Positions 61,268 to 64,000 of a stretch of DNA of 64,000 nt are shown one piece after another. How positions within the stretch are numbered: position 1 is the stretch's first letter; every line of letters starts with the position of its first letter. The position numbers and the translations under genes are program-made. Source of the DNA: Trichosphaerium sp. ATCC 40318 (lineage: Eukaryota > Protista > Tubulinea); the NCBI GenBank assembly GCA_038496445.1, contig JALMLS010000536.1:1-64000 (forward strand). The letters run 5' to 3'. Under the pieces are notes generated by a model. It was given only the letters and a program-made list of their open reading frames with translations. It searched no databases and was not told the origin of the DNA.

Positions 61268-63311
61268 ATGTCATTCCAAGTGAGATTATGGACAAGCGTG
61301 GAAAACCCGTTGTCTATAGATGACGCATTGTACAATTTATGGTTGCGTGGGTTTACGGGTAAACAGACAAACTATACTTATATAGCGTTAGTACGTGCTT
61401 ATATGGCTAATACATCGTTTGTAGAAAGTAAGGCAATAAAAGAGAGACTTCGCACAAATGACTTTGGACGCAACGAGCAAGAGATTGAACACTATAAACG
61501 TATTGCCAGGGATCAATTCCAGAATTTTGGCGCAATGGCTGCGTACTTACAACAACCAGTACGTAAACAGACACCCAAGATGCTGTTGGCGTGCAGTAAA
61601 CGAAAGAATGAACCAACAATGTTAACGGATTACACAAAAACCTTAGCCTTTGTTTAAATCACTCTGGTATTCATCTACAATAGGTTTTATTATCGTCTCA
61701 AACAATGTTTTCGCTCAGTGATGAAACTATAGACGATTTAATCCAAAAGTACGCTCACAACCAACGAATCAATCTACACAGGAAACAAACGATGATCCTG
61801 TATCGTGTTATTTTTTTGTAGATTGCTCCCGAAAAGCTTTTCATGATTTTGTCGCCCAAGTTTGCCTCTGTTTTTTTCTAATATTACTGTCAAGGTATTA
61901 CGCCATTGATGATGAAGTAGCTAAAGAATTAATTGGTAAAAAAGTACTTAAAAAACAACGTAAAGATCTAGGCGATATTGCAGACGCGTTGGATAAGCCA
62001 TATGGACTATGTGTCAGACAAGTACGTAAGAGAAACCTAAATGAAGAAAAATCCGTTTAGAGAAAACTTTCTTTTTGGAACAATTTTTGGATTTTCTTTG
62101 TTTGATTCACAGTTGTTTAGTTTAGTAATCTACTGCGTATAAACAACACTGTATTAAAGTATGGAACTAAGCAAGGGACAATAACTGGTATTATAAAAGC
62201 GCATTATAAGCTCAATACTAAACTATCCAAGTATGTTATTCTTCAAAAAAAAAACCGAAAAATTTCTTTGACAGCCTTTTCTCTTCACATTTAAATTTCG
62301 TTACCTCGGTTAACCTCAATATCTTATCTAGTACATACGAGAACCTTGTATTTTTATGTTTCCATCGCTTCGACTTTAAGAAACTTCCGTTTCTTAGCTT
62401 CGATGACATTTGTTCTTTTGCTGGTGTTATGATGAAATTATGGGTTAATATTACTGATGAAGATAAGCGTACACCATCACTGCAAATTAACACAAAATTC
62501 ATGAGCCAGCTTCGTGATTTAAAGGTAAGTTATGAGCCTGTTAGCCTTGTCATGTCTCCAGCACGTCATGTGGCATTCGAGCTTAATTTTTTTCTGTCTG
62601 CTCCAATGAAGGATCTTTCTCTTTTTTCCTCGCTACACAAACTATTTTATGGAATACTTTTGCGTGATATGTCACTCCCTGTTGGCGTTTTGTTGTTTTG
62701 TTTTATATTTTTTTGATTTCTTTTTTTAGTACTTTATGTATGATGATAGATCGATCATACCTCAATATATTACAGCTATTGGAAAGCGTCTTTCAAAAAA
62801 ATTAGATGATCAAGTAAAGCTAAAAAAGCTATCCAATGCCTACACTCAAATGTTGCGTTTTTTATTCGGGTGAGTAACAACCAATTATGGTTCATTATTT
62901 CTCATCTATTTTCAGGTTTGGTGCACGAATATGTTCTTCTAGAGAATTCCGTGATATTTTCGAAGACTTATTGCTGAAGGTGGCACTAGTTCTTAAAGTT
63001 GAGATATTGCTTACAAAGCATGTACGCAGACAACGCTTTTTACTGAACAAATTAATAATTTTTTTCCCAATGAGAAATTGTTGAAGTTGCACTGCATTTG
63101 CCTTTTCAACATGCCACTTTTTTTATTTGTTTGTAATTATAATTGATATTTTGTTTAGGATATTTCAGAGTTCTTTAGAGCATGCAGTGACTCTATAGTT
63201 CAGATTTTAAAAAAGAAAACAAGACGGCATGTTAAGCTATCTGAGACATGGGAAAGGTATCTCTATGGTGTGCGATTAATAGTGGCACAAGTGTATAATA
63301 AAATTGGATAA
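61268..63311 (+). CDS. FIBP: FGF intracellular-binding protein (FIBP) homolog
   Basis: IDDALYNLWLRGFT; YYAIDDEVAKELIGKKVLKKQRKDLGDIADAL..CVRQFSNLLRI; SSREFRDIFEDL; WERYL. Confidence 0.85.
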
Positions 63312-63588
63312 AAGTTTGTAATAAAGACAGTAAATTAATGACAAACAATTGAAAACAGCATTTCCTTTACCTTGTAACCTTGTTTTAAGCAGATGTATTG
63401 TATTTTCGGAACGTGGTGTTTTTTGCTTGCATACTGGCCACCCGCGTGGTTTGTTTAACTGTTTAAAGACCCAACGAGAATTAAGAAAATAACAAGACTT
63501 TAGAACAAGCCATTCACAGAAAAAACAGCTAGAAGCTAAGTCAGTGTCTCAAATTGTGCCTCTAGCAATTGGCGGAGCCGTAAATAGA

Positions 63589-64000
63589 ATGGACAAGCAA
63601 AGAAATGCTCAACGGGGTTATTCTAGGGCAAACTATTTTGTTGTTATTTGTATACGCGATAAAGATATGATTCAGAACCTAGCAACTGTACACGAGCATT
63701 TGGAGGAAAAATATAAAACAGAAAGGAATCTGTTGCGTAAAGGGTTCCCAGACCTTAACGATGTACATTTAACGCTATTTGCAATGCATGGGCGGAAGAA
63801 CAGGATTGCTCAGGTCGTTGAAGCCTTAAACTCATACGGAGAAAAAATAGCGGCGGAAAAGGTTGACAGAGGCTTTAACCTTGAATTAAAAGGCGTTGGA
63901 GCGTGGAAAACGGAAGGAAACAAAATCATTCTGTATGCCGATTTAGAAAGAGAAAGTAGAGAGGCAGTCAAAAAACTTGCTAAAGATATCAGAGATCACG
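63589..64000 (+). CDS. AKAP7-like 2H phosphoesterase (2'-5' RNA ligase-like), partial; runs off the window
   Basis: SRANYFVVICI..DVHLTLFAM (first HxT motif)..FNLELKGVGAW..ILYADL; the start may lie further upstream. Confidence 0.7.
   Translation, partial: MDKQRNAQRGYSRANYFVVICIRDKDMIQNLATVHEHLEEKYKTERNLLRKGFPDLNDVHLTLFAMHGRKNRIAQVVEALNSYGEKIAAEKVDRGFNLELKGVGAWKTEGNKIILYADLERESREAVKKLAKDIRDH

Noticed and set aside
1-64000. Alternative genetic code suggested by the fragmented ORFs
   Set aside because: Fragmentation is explained by short introns; TAA, TAG and TGA all terminate conserved genes at expected positions.

Overview
AT-rich, gene-dense eukaryotic DNA with many short GT-AG introns (CTAAC/CTGAC-type branch points). 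The mix of Zn2Cys6, WRKY-like and amoeba-type repeat genes suggests a free-living protist, probably an amoebozoan (inference). Most ORFs in the supplied track are exon fragments or antisense noise; about 30 genes were rebuilt by manual splicing, so exon and terminal coordinates are approximate. Housekeeping genes include a CorA-family transporter, a divergent Rad51 paralog, a Nudix hydrolase, BCKDHA, PUS10, TAP42/alpha4, a type II CAX exchanger and FIBP. Among them lies a dense set of ubiquitin-ligase adaptors. The main signal is a family of closely related F-box-LRR genes (copy A 14242-15420, B 42185-43573, C 46274-47744, truncated D 56089-56880, plus single-repeat remnants). Their scaffold DNA is almost identical, but the exposed beta-strand codons vary and are shuffled between copies in mutually incompatible patterns. 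This looks like a recombination or gene-conversion-diversified SCF substrate-receptor repertoire, possibly for intracellular defence. Copy A was created by a clean inverted insertion of a 40877-44156 duplicate into a giant-virus-like F-box-MORN gene. Other oddities are a Hip/ST13-TPR-F-box fusion, a Rad51 lacking Walker A, a WRKY variant (WHQIGRR), an intronless bacterial-type EVE gene and strong CACGTG enrichment. No database searches were run; all family calls come from recognised motifs.
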